Virus record (IMG/VR): IMGVR_UViG_3300030098_005649
DNA: 64,000 nt
Reading direction: 5' to 3' (one strand)
From: a virus
Lineage: Duplodnaviria > Caudoviricetes
Made by a program: the position numbers and the translations under genes. Shown in pieces: positions 46,851-57,222 of this stretch. Below the pieces are notes generated by a model. It was not told where the DNA came from, did no database searches, and saw nothing but the letters and a program-made list of their open reading frames with translations. Numbering within the stretch: the stretch's first letter is position 1; each line of letters begins with the position of its first letter.

Positions 46851-49800
46851 AATTAGGAGAATGGTTGGCCAATAATTTACTTCTCGGACAATCATCTGAG
46901 ATTACCGAGGATGTAAAGTTACCTATCAATGTTGGTGATACGGTAATGATGGGTCGTTTCAAGAATAAAAAAGTTATAGTAAAATCCATTGATTATAATG
47001 AAAAAGGAGACCTACTAATCAATGGGAGACCTGCATTAAAATTTAGAATGGTAAAATCCGTAAAGGAAAGTAAAGAACAAATTGGTAACATACTTAGACT
47101 TCTACAGATGTATGGACAATCTAAAAATGCAGCTTCAAAAATGATAAAGAAAAATTATAAAAAGGTTGCACAAAAGTTCAGAGGAGATTCAGATAGAGAT
47201 TTGGCAATGGCACTCATAGGATATGATGTTATAGGTGAATCATATTGTGGGGAATGTCTATGTGAAAAATGTTGGAAAGGATATAAAATACATCCTACTC
47301 GTAAGACAAAAATATTGTTTGGTAAGAGATATCCTAATTGTATAAAGAATGAGGCAGATAGAAAACCTCGTAAGAAAGGACAACATAGAAACTCACCAAA
47401 TCATTCAGATTTATATACAGACGAGAATCCAAAAGGTACAATACACGGATTGAAATTTGCAACCGTAAAGGACGCAGAAAAATCTGTAAATAAAATAAAG
47501 AGTAGTGGTAAATCTCACGCTCATAAAATACAAGCAGCAGTTGCTATGGAACAAAGAGCAAAAGAGATGGGAAAGAAAAGTGCTGCAGGAGTTTATAGAA
47601 AATACATCAATCAGATGAAAGAGAAGACCAAAAAGAAAAACGAAATTGGAATACCATCACCAAGTCGTAAGATGGTAAAGAAGATGAAAAAGAAAGGACA
47701 TACTTCTGTTCCATATGGTAGTGGTTACAAAAAAATGAATGAAAAAAAGCTTGACTTATATAGTGAAAATGATGTATATTTAGGTATGGAAAATGAGAAA
47801 AACGCCTTAAATGAAAATAAAATAAAAAAAGTAATTGGTGTGTATGGTGGTAGGTTTCAACCATTTGGCCCACATCATAAAAAAACATTTGAGTGGTTAC
47901 AATCAAAAACAGATGATGCATATATAACTACAAGTGATATAAAGAAACCACCAAGACATCCATTGAATTACAAAGAAAAAATTAGACATATGTCTAAAAT
48001 GGGAATATCACCCAATAAAGTCATAAAAGAAAAATCACCATTGGTTGCAAATAATCTTTTATCTAAATTTGACCCAAAAACAACTGCAGTAGTTTATATA
48101 TTTGGTGAAAAAGATGCAGGTAGATTAGCAGGTGGTCGAAAGAAAGATGGTTCATTAGGATATTTTCAGGATTATAAAAAACATAGAGGTAATCTAAAGG
48201 GATTTGAAGAACACGGATATTTCTTGACTGCACCACATATTAGTATGAAAATTGCTGGTATGGAAATATCAGGTACTACGATGAGAAAAGTATTGGGTTC
48301 TTCCAAGATAAAAGATTCGGATAGACCAAAAGTTTTCAAAAAATTATTTGGATACTATGATGAGGGTATTTATAAGATGCTAACTAACAAGTTCAAAGGA
48401 CTTGTAGACCATATAATACCAGATAAAAAAATAGAAGAATTTTTGATGAAAGAAGGTTCTGTAAGTGTTCCAAATTTATCAGACGAGGGACTATATGACT
48501 TTTTCAAATCATACGATGATTACGAAAGAGTTTCACCAAAACACGCCAATATATTGGCAGGATTTGAGGTAATTGGACATTTGATTGATAAAAAAGATGT
48601 TATGGAAAACGACTTTACATATGAATATGAAAGAACACCAACGGTAACATTCGGAAGAACTGTAAATCAAAATACTAAGAACTTTGCAAGTTCTGATAAT
48701 CCATTTCCAAAACACATTTCATATATGAAAGAATTAGCAAATACTATGGGAATGAAAATTCTAAAATTTATTGGAACTGAAAACAAAGGTGTTGGTGGTC
48801 AAAAAGTAGATGGTGTGATAGAATCTGAGATTGATTTTTATTTGGGTTTGGATGAACAACTTGATATTTATACTAAGGAGATAGTTGAAGTATTATCTAA
48901 CGAAGATTATAAAGGAAAAGAGTTATTACTTATGGGTGGTGCATACGGACATATGGCACATCCCTTTGACGATAAAAATTTGACATTTGGGGATATAAAA
49001 AATATTATTGATTTAGGGTTACAAGGTAAACTTGATGCTGAAGCTGGAGTACAAGAAAAATTAGATGGACAAAATCTAATGATAAGTTGGAAAGGTAAGA
49101 ATCTCGTAGTTGCTAGAAATAAAGGAGATATAAAACGAGGTGGTGCATCAGTTGGTTCTATAAAGGCAAAATTTAAAGGTAGAGGTAATATTGAAAAAGC
49201 TTTCTCATATGCACTTGATGACTTGAGTAAGTCCATCGGTAAATTAACTGATGCACAAAAGAAAAAGATATTTGATGATGGTAACAATTATATGAATTTA
49301 GAAGTTATGTATCCAGCATCAGCTAATGTGATAAATTATGACGCACCAATAATTGTCTTTCACGGAGCACTAAAGTACAGAGGTGGAGAGGCAATTGGTG
49401 AAGTACCAGGTAGTGGTAGAATATTGGCAGGAATGATAAAACAAATTGGTGCTAATATCGGTAAGAAGTTTAGTATTAGAGGGCCAAATGTATTGAAGAT
49501 GACTAAATCACAAGATTACTCAAAACAAAGAGCTTACTTTTTTGCTAAATTAGACAGATTGAGAAATCAATATAAACTATCTGATAGTGATAAATTGTCA
49601 GTTTATCATCAACACTATTGGTTAGAGTGGATACTCAATGGTGCAAACCAAACCGATTATCCAAATCCACCTGATAATGTTGTATATGCACTAATGAAGA
49701 GATGGGCATTTTTTGACAAGAGTTACACAGTACCGATGATAAAAAGAGACCTAAAAGAACATCCTAAATTTTTAGATTGGGTGTTGAGTACCGATAAACA

Positions 49801-50149
49801 AGACCACTCAAAAATGGTAAAGAAAAATATGAAACCATTTGAAACTTTATTGTTTGAAGTTGGTGCAGAAATACTAAAGAACTTGAGTGGATTCTTGGCA
49901 GTAAATCCAAAAGCTTCAGTACAGAATGTCAAGAAACAAGTTGAAAAGGCAATCAATGTAGTGAAAAAAGGTGGAGACCTAAAGAAATTAAATACACTAA
50001 AAGCACAAATGGAGAAACTAAATGCCATTGGTGGTTTGGGTGCAGTAGTTCCAACAGAGGGACTTGTTTTTAAATATAACGGAAATACATACAAACTAAC
50101 AGGTGCATTTGCCCCAATCAATCAGATTACGGGACTAATGTACTTTTAA
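46847..50149 (+). CDS. Modular protein: basic modules + HIGH-class (NMNAT/cytidylyltransferase-like) domain + ATP-dependent ligase-like nucleotidyltransferase domain
   Basis: VYGGRFQPFGPHH and ISGTTMR; QEKLDGQN (KxDG), NLEVM, TEGLVF, YKLTG ligase motifs. Confidence 0.65.
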   Translation: MKLGEWLANNLLLGQSSEITEDVKLPINVGDTVMMGRFKNKKVIVKSIDYNEKGDLLINGRPALKFRMVKSVKESKEQIGNILRLLQMYGQSKNAASKMIKKNYKKVAQKFRGDSDRDLAMALIGYDVIGESYCGECLCEKCWKGYKIHPTRKTKILFGKRYPNCIKNEADRKPRKKGQHRNSPNHSDLYTDENPKGTIHGLKFATVKDAEKSVNKIKSSGKSHAHKIQAAVAMEQRAKEMGKKSAAGVYRKYINQMKEKTKKKNEIGIPSPSRKMVKKMKKKGHTSVPYGSGYKKMNEKKLDLYSENDVYLGMENEKNALNENKIKKVIGVYGGRFQPFGPHHKKTFEWLQSKTDDAYITTSDIKKPPRHPLNYKEKIRHMSKMGISPNKVIKEKSPLVANNLLSKFDPKTTAVVYIFGEKDAGRLAGGRKKDGSLGYFQDYKKHRGNLKGFEEHGYFLTAPHISMKIAGMEISGTTMRKVLGSSKIKDSDRPKVFKKLFGYYDEGIYKMLTNKFKGLVDHIIPDKKIEEFLMKEGSVSVPNLSDEGLYDFFKSYDDYERVSPKHANILAGFEVIGHLIDKKDVMENDFTYEYERTPTVTFGRTVNQNTKNFASSDNPFPKHISYMKELANTMGMKILKFIGTENKGVGGQKVDGVIESEIDFYLGLDEQLDIYTKEIVEVLSNEDYKGKELLLMGGAYGHMAHPFDDKNLTFGDIKNIIDLGLQGKLDAEAGVQEKLDGQNLMISWKGKNLVVARNKGDIKRGGASVGSIKAKFKGRGNIEKAFSYALDDLSKSIGKLTDAQKKKIFDDGNNYMNLEVMYPASANVINYDAPIIVFHGALKYRGGEAIGEVPGSGRILAGMIKQIGANIGKKFSIRGPNVLKMTKSQDYSKQRAYFFAKLDRLRNQYKLSDSDKLSVYHQHYWLEWILNGANQTDYPNPPDNVVYALMKRWAFFDKSYTVPMIKRDLKEHPKFLDWVLSTDKQDHSKMVKKNMKPFETLLFEVGAEILKNLSGFLAVNPKASVQNVKKQVEKAINVVKKGGDLKKLNTLKAQMEKLNAIGGLGAVVPTEGLVFKYNGNTYKLTGAFAPINQITGLMYF
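47751..47780 (+). promoter_or_regulatory. sigma70-type promoter inside the ORF, before in-frame ATG 47786
   Basis: AAAAAAAGC-TTGACT, 18-nt spacer, TATATT. Confidence 0.65.
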
Positions 50150-50162
50150 TGAAGAGGTTATT

Positions 50163-50735
50163 ATGAGTAAAAATCCAATGATGGATGCTTCTCTCAAGGA
50201 GAGAGCCAAGCAAATGAAAGCTATGAAATCTATTCTTGCAGGAGAAGAGGTTGAAAAGACTATACAAGTTGGTTATGAGGGAAAGAAACAACCAAAAGGT
50301 GATATCGAAAGTCCACTAACAGACATAATGAAAGAGGTAAGAATGCCAATGTTTTGTCCTAAGTGTGATGTTGTGATGAAAAAAAGACTTGATAATAAAA
50401 TGTGGAGATTATATGGTCATTGTTTTGATTGTCAGATAGACTTTGAACACAAACTTCGTGTAGAAGGAAAATATGACGAATGGGAAAAAACAAAGGTACT
50501 TGAGAATAAAAAGGCATTTCTAAAAGACCAAATACAATCTGTAGAGGAGTGGATAACTCAATCTCCATTAAAATTTTTAAACCAAACTGCCGTAGATACT
50601 CGTGTTATTGATGAAGAAAAGTGGGAAGATAATATAGATAGACCAAAAGTAGGTGGTGAGGCAATAGAAGAGTTTCAAAAAGAGTTGGAAAAGATTGAAA
50701 AAGAACTCAAAGATATTTATAATCAAGGAGAATAA
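50163..50735 (+). CDS. Hypothetical protein with CxxC...CxxC zinc-binding motif
   Basis: FCPKC..., HCFDC. Confidence 0.6.
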   Translation: MSKNPMMDASLKERAKQMKAMKSILAGEEVEKTIQVGYEGKKQPKGDIESPLTDIMKEVRMPMFCPKCDVVMKKRLDNKMWRLYGHCFDCQIDFEHKLRVEGKYDEWEKTKVLENKKAFLKDQIQSVEEWITQSPLKFLNQTAVDTRVIDEEKWEDNIDRPKVGGEAIEEFQKELEKIEKELKDIYNQGE

Positions 50736-50736
50736 A

Positions 50737-51042
50737 ATGAAATTTTGGAAACTTATACTTGGATTTCTTGGTGTAGTTGGTGGACTATTTGCAGCTTCTC
50801 AGGCCAAAAGTAAAGAGGTAAAGAAACTGAAAAAAGTTATTGACCAAAATAAGAAAGAAGAGAAAAAAGTTGAAAAACAAATCAAAGAATTGGAGAAGGC
50901 TAAAACTGCATCCAAAAGAGAAATTGGTAATATAAAACGAAAACTTACTAATTCCAAGAAAAAAACTCAGAAACTACAAGAAATATATGATAATGATGAA
51001 GTGGAATCTGCGGAAGAATTTTTAAGGAAGTTTAGTAAATAA
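50737..51042 (+). CDS. N-terminal TM + coiled-coil protein (i-spanin-like candidate)
   Basis: AAGGAG SD, ATG 50737; WKLILGFLGVVGGLFAA then Lys/Glu coiled coil. Confidence 0.5.
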   Translation: MKFWKLILGFLGVVGGLFAASQAKSKEVKKLKKVIDQNKKEEKKVEKQIKELEKAKTASKREIGNIKRKLTNSKKKTQKLQEIYDNDEVESAEEFLRKFSK

Positions 51043-51059
51043 ACTATATATTTATATTT

Positions 51060-51476
51060 ATGAAAAATTACTTTAGTATAAAAATAATCAAATACTTTCT
51101 AATATCTTTTTTTGTCCTAACAATTGTTGATGGTCAAGAAATAAAGAAAGATGGAAAGACACCAAAGACATTTACCTATGATGAAGCATTAGAAATGTTG
51201 AAAGCTCGTGATGCACAATGGGAATCTAAATTATCAAAAGCAGATTCATTGATAGAATCTCAAAAAGTTACCATTAGTGATTGTGAAACTTTGGTGGTAA
51301 AGTTAGAAGAACAAGCAAAATTAGATACATTAGTATTACTTGCTCAGAAAAAACAAATTGATTTATTGAAATCTCGTGATGAGGCAAATGAAAAATTGGT
51401 AAAATTAGTAGAACCAAAATGGTATGAAAATCAATACCTTTGGTTGGTTATAGGTTTTATATTCGGAAAGCTGTAA
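51060..51476 (+). CDS. Signal peptide + coiled coil + C-terminal TM protein (spanin-like candidate)
   Basis: FLISFFVLTIVDG; long heptads; PKWYENQYLWLVIGFIFG. Confidence 0.45.
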   Translation: MKNYFSIKIIKYFLISFFVLTIVDGQEIKKDGKTPKTFTYDEALEMLKARDAQWESKLSKADSLIESQKVTISDCETLVVKLEEQAKLDTLVLLAQKKQIDLLKSRDEANEKLVKLVEPKWYENQYLWLVIGFIFGKL

Positions 51477-53047
51477 TGAAACCCGAAAGACTAAAAAAAG
51501 TAATTCGGGAAGAATACCTAAAATCTGCAAAAAATCCTGTATACTTTTTAAAAAAATATTGTGTTATTCAACACCCATTGAGAGGTAAGATACCATTTCA
51601 TCTATATCCATTTCAAGAAAAATCAATTCAAGAGTTTGAACAAAATGATTATAATGTCGTTTTAAAAGCTCGTCAGTTGGGTATTTCAACTCTTGTTGCT
51701 GGATATTCATTATGGATGATGACATTTCATCAAGATAAAAATATATTGGTAATCGCTACTAAACAAGATACTGCAAAAAATCTTGTTACTAAAGTACGAG
51801 TGATGCATGCAAATCTACCATCTTGGTTGAAGAATATGTGTGTTGAGGATAATAAGTTATCATTACGATATAAAAATGGTTCACAAATAAAAGCAGTAGC
51901 AAGTAGTGGTGAGGCAGGTCGTTCAGAAGCTCTATCATTATTGATACTTGATGAGGCGGCATTCATAGATAAGATTGACACAATATGGGCTGCAGCACAA
52001 CAGACATTATCTACTGGTGGTCAATGTATTGCACTATCTACACCAAATGGTGTTGGAAATTGGTTTCATAGAACTTGGGCAGATGCAGAGGCTGGTACTA
52101 ATAAATTTAACTTTATCAAACTTCATTGGACTGTACATCCTGATAGAGATGAAAGTTGGAGAAGAGAACAAGATGGATTGTTAGGTCCTTCATTAGCTGC
52201 ACAAGAGTGTGATTGTGACTTTATTACTTCTGGTCAATCTGTGGTTGATGGTGTACTTTTAGAGGAATGTAGAAATACCACGGTTAGAGAACCTATGGAG
52301 AAAAGAGGAATTGATAGTAATATTTGGATATGGGAGCCTCCAAATTATACAAAAGACTATATAGTATGTGCTGATGTTAGTCGTGGTGATGGTCAAGACT
52401 ATAGTGCATTTCATATCATTGATGTGGAAAAGGTAGAACAAGTTGGTGAATATAAAGGAAAAGTGTCTCCCAAAGATTTTGGTAATATGTTGGTAAATAT
52501 ATCAACAGAGTACAACAATGCCTTACTAATTATTGAGAATGCATCAATTGGTTGGGCTGCAATACAACAATGTATAGACAGACAATACGATAATCTGTTT
52601 TATATGAGTAAAGATTTACAATATGTGGATACACTAAATACAATAAATAATAAAATAAATCGTTCAGAAAGACAAATGGTACCTGGTTTTTCTATGACTA
52701 TGAAGACAAGACCATTGGTAATTTCTAAATTAGAGGAATTTTTTAGAGAAAAGTCAGTAATTGTACATTCTAATCGATTAATTGATGAATTGTTTGTATT
52801 TATATATAATGGACAGAAAGCCGAAGCTATGGGTGGATATAATGATGATTTAGTAATGAGTTTGGCTATTGGACTTTGGGTTCGTGAAACTGCTCTTCGT
52901 CTAAGACAAGAGGGAATTGAATTGACAAAAAAATCACTTTCTTACTTTAGTTCTAATGAGGGAGTTTATTCTAACAATACAAATCAGAATGACTCTTGGA
53001 ATATGAATGTAGGAAAGGAAACAGAAAAATTAGATTGGCTACTTTGA
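51476..53047 (+). CDS. terL: Terminase large subunit (gp17-like)
   Basis: LKARQLGIS (Walker A region), LILDEAAF (Walker B), LSTPNG, ADVSRG.DYSA, NDDLVM nuclease motifs; TAATG-coupled start at 51476. Confidence 0.95.
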   Translation: MKPERLKKVIREEYLKSAKNPVYFLKKYCVIQHPLRGKIPFHLYPFQEKSIQEFEQNDYNVVLKARQLGISTLVAGYSLWMMTFHQDKNILVIATKQDTAKNLVTKVRVMHANLPSWLKNMCVEDNKLSLRYKNGSQIKAVASSGEAGRSEALSLLILDEAAFIDKIDTIWAAAQQTLSTGGQCIALSTPNGVGNWFHRTWADAEAGTNKFNFIKLHWTVHPDRDESWRREQDGLLGPSLAAQECDCDFITSGQSVVDGVLLEECRNTTVREPMEKRGIDSNIWIWEPPNYTKDYIVCADVSRGDGQDYSAFHIIDVEKVEQVGEYKGKVSPKDFGNMLVNISTEYNNALLIIENASIGWAAIQQCIDRQYDNLFYMSKDLQYVDTLNTINNKINRSERQMVPGFSMTMKTRPLVISKLEEFFREKSVIVHSNRLIDELFVFIYNGQKAEAMGGYNDDLVMSLAIGLWVRETALRLRQEGIELTKKSLSYFSSNEGVYSNNTNQNDSWNMNVGKETEKLDWLL

Positions 53048-53056
53048 GGTTAAATT

Positions 53057-54919
53057 ATGGCAGATAAAAATATATACACAAGACTAAGAAGACTTTTTTC
53101 TTCCAATGTTATCGTAAGAAATGTTGGTGGTAGAAAGTTAAAGGTTACTGATACATCAAGAATTCAGACTAATCCAAAAGCAAGTCTTGTTGATAGATAT
53201 ACAAAATTATACACATCATATGCTGGTACGAGTGGATATAATTATTCATTATATCAGAAGACTCAAAGACTTGGGTTGTTCAGAGATTATGAGGCTATGG
53301 ATGTAGACCCAATTATTGCTTCTGCACTTGACATATATGCAGATGAATCAACAATGAAATCAGAGTATGGTGATGTACTAAATATTACTTCTGATAATAA
53401 TGATTTGAAAGATATTTTACATAACCTATTTTATGACATACTGAATATAGAATTCAATTTATGGCCTTGGGTTCGTAATATGGTGAAGTATGGTGACTTC
53501 TTTTTGAAATTGGAAATCAATGAAAAGTATGGTATAACAAATGTTATCCCAATGTCTGCTTACGATATCACTCGTGTTGAGGGTGATGATCCAGAAAATC
53601 CTGAGTATGTAAAATTTATCTTGGAATCAACAGACCAACGACATCAAAACAATGCTGCAAAAGAAGAATTTGAAAATTATGAAGTAGCACATTTTAGAAT
53701 GTTATCAGATTCAAATTATCTACCATATGGAAAGTCTATGATTGAACAGGCAAGACAGATATGGAAACAAGTTACATTGATGGAAGATGCTATGTTGATA
53801 CATCGTATTATGAGAGCACCAGAAAAGAGAATATTCAAAATTGATATAGGAAATATTCCACCTGCAGAAGTTGATAACTATATGCAAAGAATCATCAACA
53901 AGATGAAAAAGGCACCTGTTATTGATGAGGCAACTGGTGAGTATAATCTAAAATATAATATGCAAAACCTAACAGAAGATTTTTATCTACCAGTTCGTGG
54001 TGGAGATAGTGGTACACAATTAGAAAATCTACCTGGTCTTGAATTCAATGCAATAGATGATATAGAATATTTGAAAAATAAACTATTAGCTGCATTGAGA
54101 GTACCAAAAGCATATCTTGGATATGAGGAAGAGGTTGGTAGTAAGGCAACATTAGCTGCCGAAGATGTTAGATTTGCTCGTACTATCGAGAGAATACAGA
54201 GAATTGTAGTTAGTGAATTGACTAAGATTGCAATTGTTCATTTATATGCACAAGGTTATCAAGATAAAGACCTTGTAAATTTTGAGTTGGGTCTAACTAA
54301 TCCATCTACAATATATGAACAAGAAAAACTTGAATTATGGAATACTAAATTAGGATTGGCAGAAACTGCAAAAAGAGATAATTTGGTATCTTCACTTTGG
54401 ATATATAAAAATGTTTTTGGATTTACAGATGCAGAAATATCTAAAATGAATGACGAGATGATATTTGATAAATTCAATGCCTTTAGACAATCTCAGATTG
54501 AAAATGAAGGTAATGACCCAGCAAAAAGTGGTCAATCACAAGGAACTCCCGCAGATTTAGCAATGGGAAGAACAGGTCGTGAGTTAGAATTTGATGCTCG
54601 TGATTTGGATAAAGATTTAAAACCAGAAGAAGTAGGTGGAAGACCTGAAGAGGGCCCTAAGTATGGTAAGGATGGAAGTGCTCGTGGTAGAGACCCACTT
54701 GGTAAAAGAGATTATGAAAAGAATTCTACTGGTAAGTATCAAAGAGGAAGAGATGGAGAGTTCAGAGGTGGTAGTCCACTAGCTCTTGCACACTTTGATG
54801 CAATGGAAAAGAATATGAAAAAGTACAAAGGAAAGTCAATATCAGTATTGAATGAGGAGTTGAACGACACTCAAACAGAGTATGATAAAGATATTGATGA
54901 AATGAAGATAGATAAGTAG
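53057..54919 (+). CDS. gp20: Portal protein (gp20-like)
   Basis: MEDAMLIHRIMRAPEKRIFKIDIGN, EDFYLPVRGG, DIEYLKNKL.AALRVP. Confidence 0.95.
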   Translation: MADKNIYTRLRRLFSSNVIVRNVGGRKLKVTDTSRIQTNPKASLVDRYTKLYTSYAGTSGYNYSLYQKTQRLGLFRDYEAMDVDPIIASALDIYADESTMKSEYGDVLNITSDNNDLKDILHNLFYDILNIEFNLWPWVRNMVKYGDFFLKLEINEKYGITNVIPMSAYDITRVEGDDPENPEYVKFILESTDQRHQNNAAKEEFENYEVAHFRMLSDSNYLPYGKSMIEQARQIWKQVTLMEDAMLIHRIMRAPEKRIFKIDIGNIPPAEVDNYMQRIINKMKKAPVIDEATGEYNLKYNMQNLTEDFYLPVRGGDSGTQLENLPGLEFNAIDDIEYLKNKLLAALRVPKAYLGYEEEVGSKATLAAEDVRFARTIERIQRIVVSELTKIAIVHLYAQGYQDKDLVNFELGLTNPSTIYEQEKLELWNTKLGLAETAKRDNLVSSLWIYKNVFGFTDAEISKMNDEMIFDKFNAFRQSQIENEGNDPAKSGQSQGTPADLAMGRTGRELEFDARDLDKDLKPEEVGGRPEEGPKYGKDGSARGRDPLGKRDYEKNSTGKYQRGRDGEFRGGSPLALAHFDAMEKNMKKYKGKSISVLNEELNDTQTEYDKDIDEMKIDK

Positions 54920-54991
54920 ATTATTTGTAGTTTTTTATACTTTCATATATTTATTATCAACCAAGAAGTTAGTGATTAGAACGAGGACAAA

Positions 54992-55864
54992 ATGTCAAAA
55001 ATAAAACATAATAAAATCAAAAATACAGGAATATTATTCGAGTTACTAACAAGACAAATTACTGCAGATATCCTTGAGGGTAAGGATGACAATAAGTCTG
55101 CATCTGTTTCTCTTGTTAAAGAATTTTTTTCCAAGAACACATCTATGGGGAAGGAATTAGACTTGATAAAATTACTTTCTGAAACAAAGTATAAGTCAGT
55201 TACTAAGGCAGAACAATTGATTGAATTGACATTGACTGCTCGTAAGAAAATTTCCAATTCAAAATTGAGAAATGAAAAGTATAATCTTATCAAAAAGATA
55301 AGAGAAAACTACAATCCTACAGATTTTTTCAAAACCACTATACCAAATTATAAACTATATGCTTCTATTTATAAATTATTTGAGACAAGAAGTGAGGATA
55401 GTGCTACTATAAATGATATCATTAGTTCAAAATCTGTAATAATAGAAAATATAACATCTAAAAAAGTCACTAAGAAATTTGAAAGTGAAAAACTCAAAGA
55501 ATTCAAAGAACAGAATGAGGATGTAAGACTACTAACCTATAAAGTATTAGTTGATAACTTCAATAAGAAATATAATGGTTTAGATGAAAGTCAAAGAAAA
55601 TTACTCAAAATGTACATCAACAATGTTGCAAATACAGGTACATTGAAAGAGTTCATATCCAAAGAAGTTGTCAGTATCAAAAAATATATAAAGGACAACA
55701 TATCTAAAGTAGACGACAAGATTGTAAAAATAAAACTCTCTGAGGCCTCCAAATTATTAGAAAAACTAAATAGTGGTGGTGTCGTAAAGGATAGTCAAGT
55801 TGTTTCTTTGATGAGATGGTATCAATTAGTCAAAGAGATAAAAGATGTCGTTTCCTCTAAGTAA
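54992..55864 (+). CDS. Helical head-region hypothetical protein
   Basis: Follows portal; KHNKIKNTGILFELL; ATATTTAT at 54947-54. Confidence 0.6.
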   Translation: MSKIKHNKIKNTGILFELLTRQITADILEGKDDNKSASVSLVKEFFSKNTSMGKELDLIKLLSETKYKSVTKAEQLIELTLTARKKISNSKLRNEKYNLIKKIRENYNPTDFFKTTIPNYKLYASIYKLFETRSEDSATINDIISSKSVIIENITSKKVTKKFESEKLKEFKEQNEDVRLLTYKVLVDNFNKKYNGLDESQRKLLKMYINNVANTGTLKEFISKEVVSIKKYIKDNISKVDDKIVKIKLSEASKLLEKLNSGGVVKDSQVVSLMRWYQLVKEIKDVVSSK

Positions 55865-56282
55865 ATTAAAAGAAATAATAAGAGAACTTATAAGACAAGA
55901 GTTAGCCGAAGCATCTACTACTGGTGCTCTTGATGGTGGAGAAGGACCACCAAGAACTCCATACGCTTTTACTAAAAAGGGTGATGAGAAAAAGAAGAAA
56001 AAGAAAATGGTAAAAGTTTCTGGCGGTTATGAGTTAGCAGAAAATCGATATTATAAATATAAAAACGATCCTGATAGAACTCCTAAAGTAAAAATTGGAC
56101 AATCAGTAAAGGAGATAAGAGACGCCATAAAGGAACTCGATAGAGTTATTGCTATGAATGTTCGTTTGAAAAAAGAGATGAATGTTGATTCTCGACAATA
56201 TTGGAAACGAACACATAAACAATTACAAACTGTTTCTGAAAAACTTATCACAATGGCTCAAAAGCTTGGACAACTATACTGA
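55845..56282 (+). CDS. Head-region hypothetical protein (possible core/internal protein)
   Basis: ELAE-ASTTG...PRTPYAF; basic coiled coil. Confidence 0.55.
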   Translation: MSFPLSKLKEIIRELIRQELAEASTTGALDGGEGPPRTPYAFTKKGDEKKKKKKMVKVSGGYELAENRYYKYKNDPDRTPKVKIGQSVKEIRDAIKELDRVIAMNVRLKKEMNVDSRQYWKRTHKQLQTVSEKLITMAQKLGQLY

Positions 56283-56288
56283 TGAACA

Positions 56289-56603
56289 ATGAGACTAAAA
56301 AGATTACTATTTCCCCATACTAACGAATTTCAAAATGTAAATATAATTTCTGATTATATGCAAAATGACTCTGCATTCTACAGAGCAAGACTATCCCCAT
56401 TTTATAAAACACATACGGTTATTTACAAAGAGGGAAAGTACAGACGAAATAGAGCTATAAAGAATATGGAAGGAATCGTTAAAGATGCATATAGAAAGTA
56501 TATGAGAAAATTTGATGACACATTTGTATTGATGCAAAATGAGGTAAAACAAATTGCCACTATATTTATAGATGAGTTAGAAAAAAACTTTTCAGAGGAA
56601 TAA
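56289..56603 (+). CDS. Hypothetical protein
   Basis: 104-aa ORF in the head operon. Confidence 0.55.
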   Translation: MRLKRLLFPHTNEFQNVNIISDYMQNDSAFYRARLSPFYKTHTVIYKEGKYRRNRAIKNMEGIVKDAYRKYMRKFDDTFVLMQNEVKQIATIFIDELEKNFSEE

Positions 56604-56607
56604 CGCT

Positions 56608-57222
56608 ATGAGTAAAAATTTATTATTAGAATACAGGCCATTTGAGGCCAAAACAATATCGGAGGGTGTTCACGACAATAAACCCTTTACCGTTACTGGT
56701 GTCTTACAAAGAGCAGACTCCAAAAACCAAAATGGTCGTGTCTATCCAAAAGACATATTGATGAGAGAGGCCAAAAAATATTCGGATACATTTATAAAAG
56801 AAAAAAGAGCGTTAGGTGAATTAGACCATCCCGATTCCTCTGTGGTTAATTTACAAAATGTTTCACATAATGTTACTGGTATGAAGTGGGACGGAGATGA
56901 TTTAGTTGGTACGGTAGAAGTTTTGACAACACCAAGTGGTAATATTCTAAAAGAGTTATTCAAGGCTGGTATCAAGTTGGGAATTAGTTCTCGTGGACTT
57001 GGTTCGGTAGAGACAATAAAATTTGAAGGTACTGAGGCAAATAAAGTTGGGGATGATTTTGAACTAATTGCGTTTGACTTTGTATCCAATCCATCTACTC
57101 AAGGTGCATTTTTACATCCTGTAAATGAGTCAATCGATAAGTCAAGAAGACAACTTGGTGAGTCTTGTGATAAATGGTGTAAAGTAGAGTATACATTGAG
57201 AGACATTATCGGAGGAAAATAA
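56608..57222 (+). CDS. gp21: Prohead core protease (gp21-like)
   Basis: NQNGRVYP, ALGELDHP, NVSH, LGISSRGLGS, DFVSNPSTQGA. Confidence 0.95.
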   Translation: MSKNLLLEYRPFEAKTISEGVHDNKPFTVTGVLQRADSKNQNGRVYPKDILMREAKKYSDTFIKEKRALGELDHPDSSVVNLQNVSHNVTGMKWDGDDLVGTVEVLTTPSGNILKELFKAGIKLGISSRGLGSVETIKFEGTEANKVGDDFELIAFDFVSNPSTQGAFLHPVNESIDKSRRQLGESCDKWCKVEYTLRDIIGGK

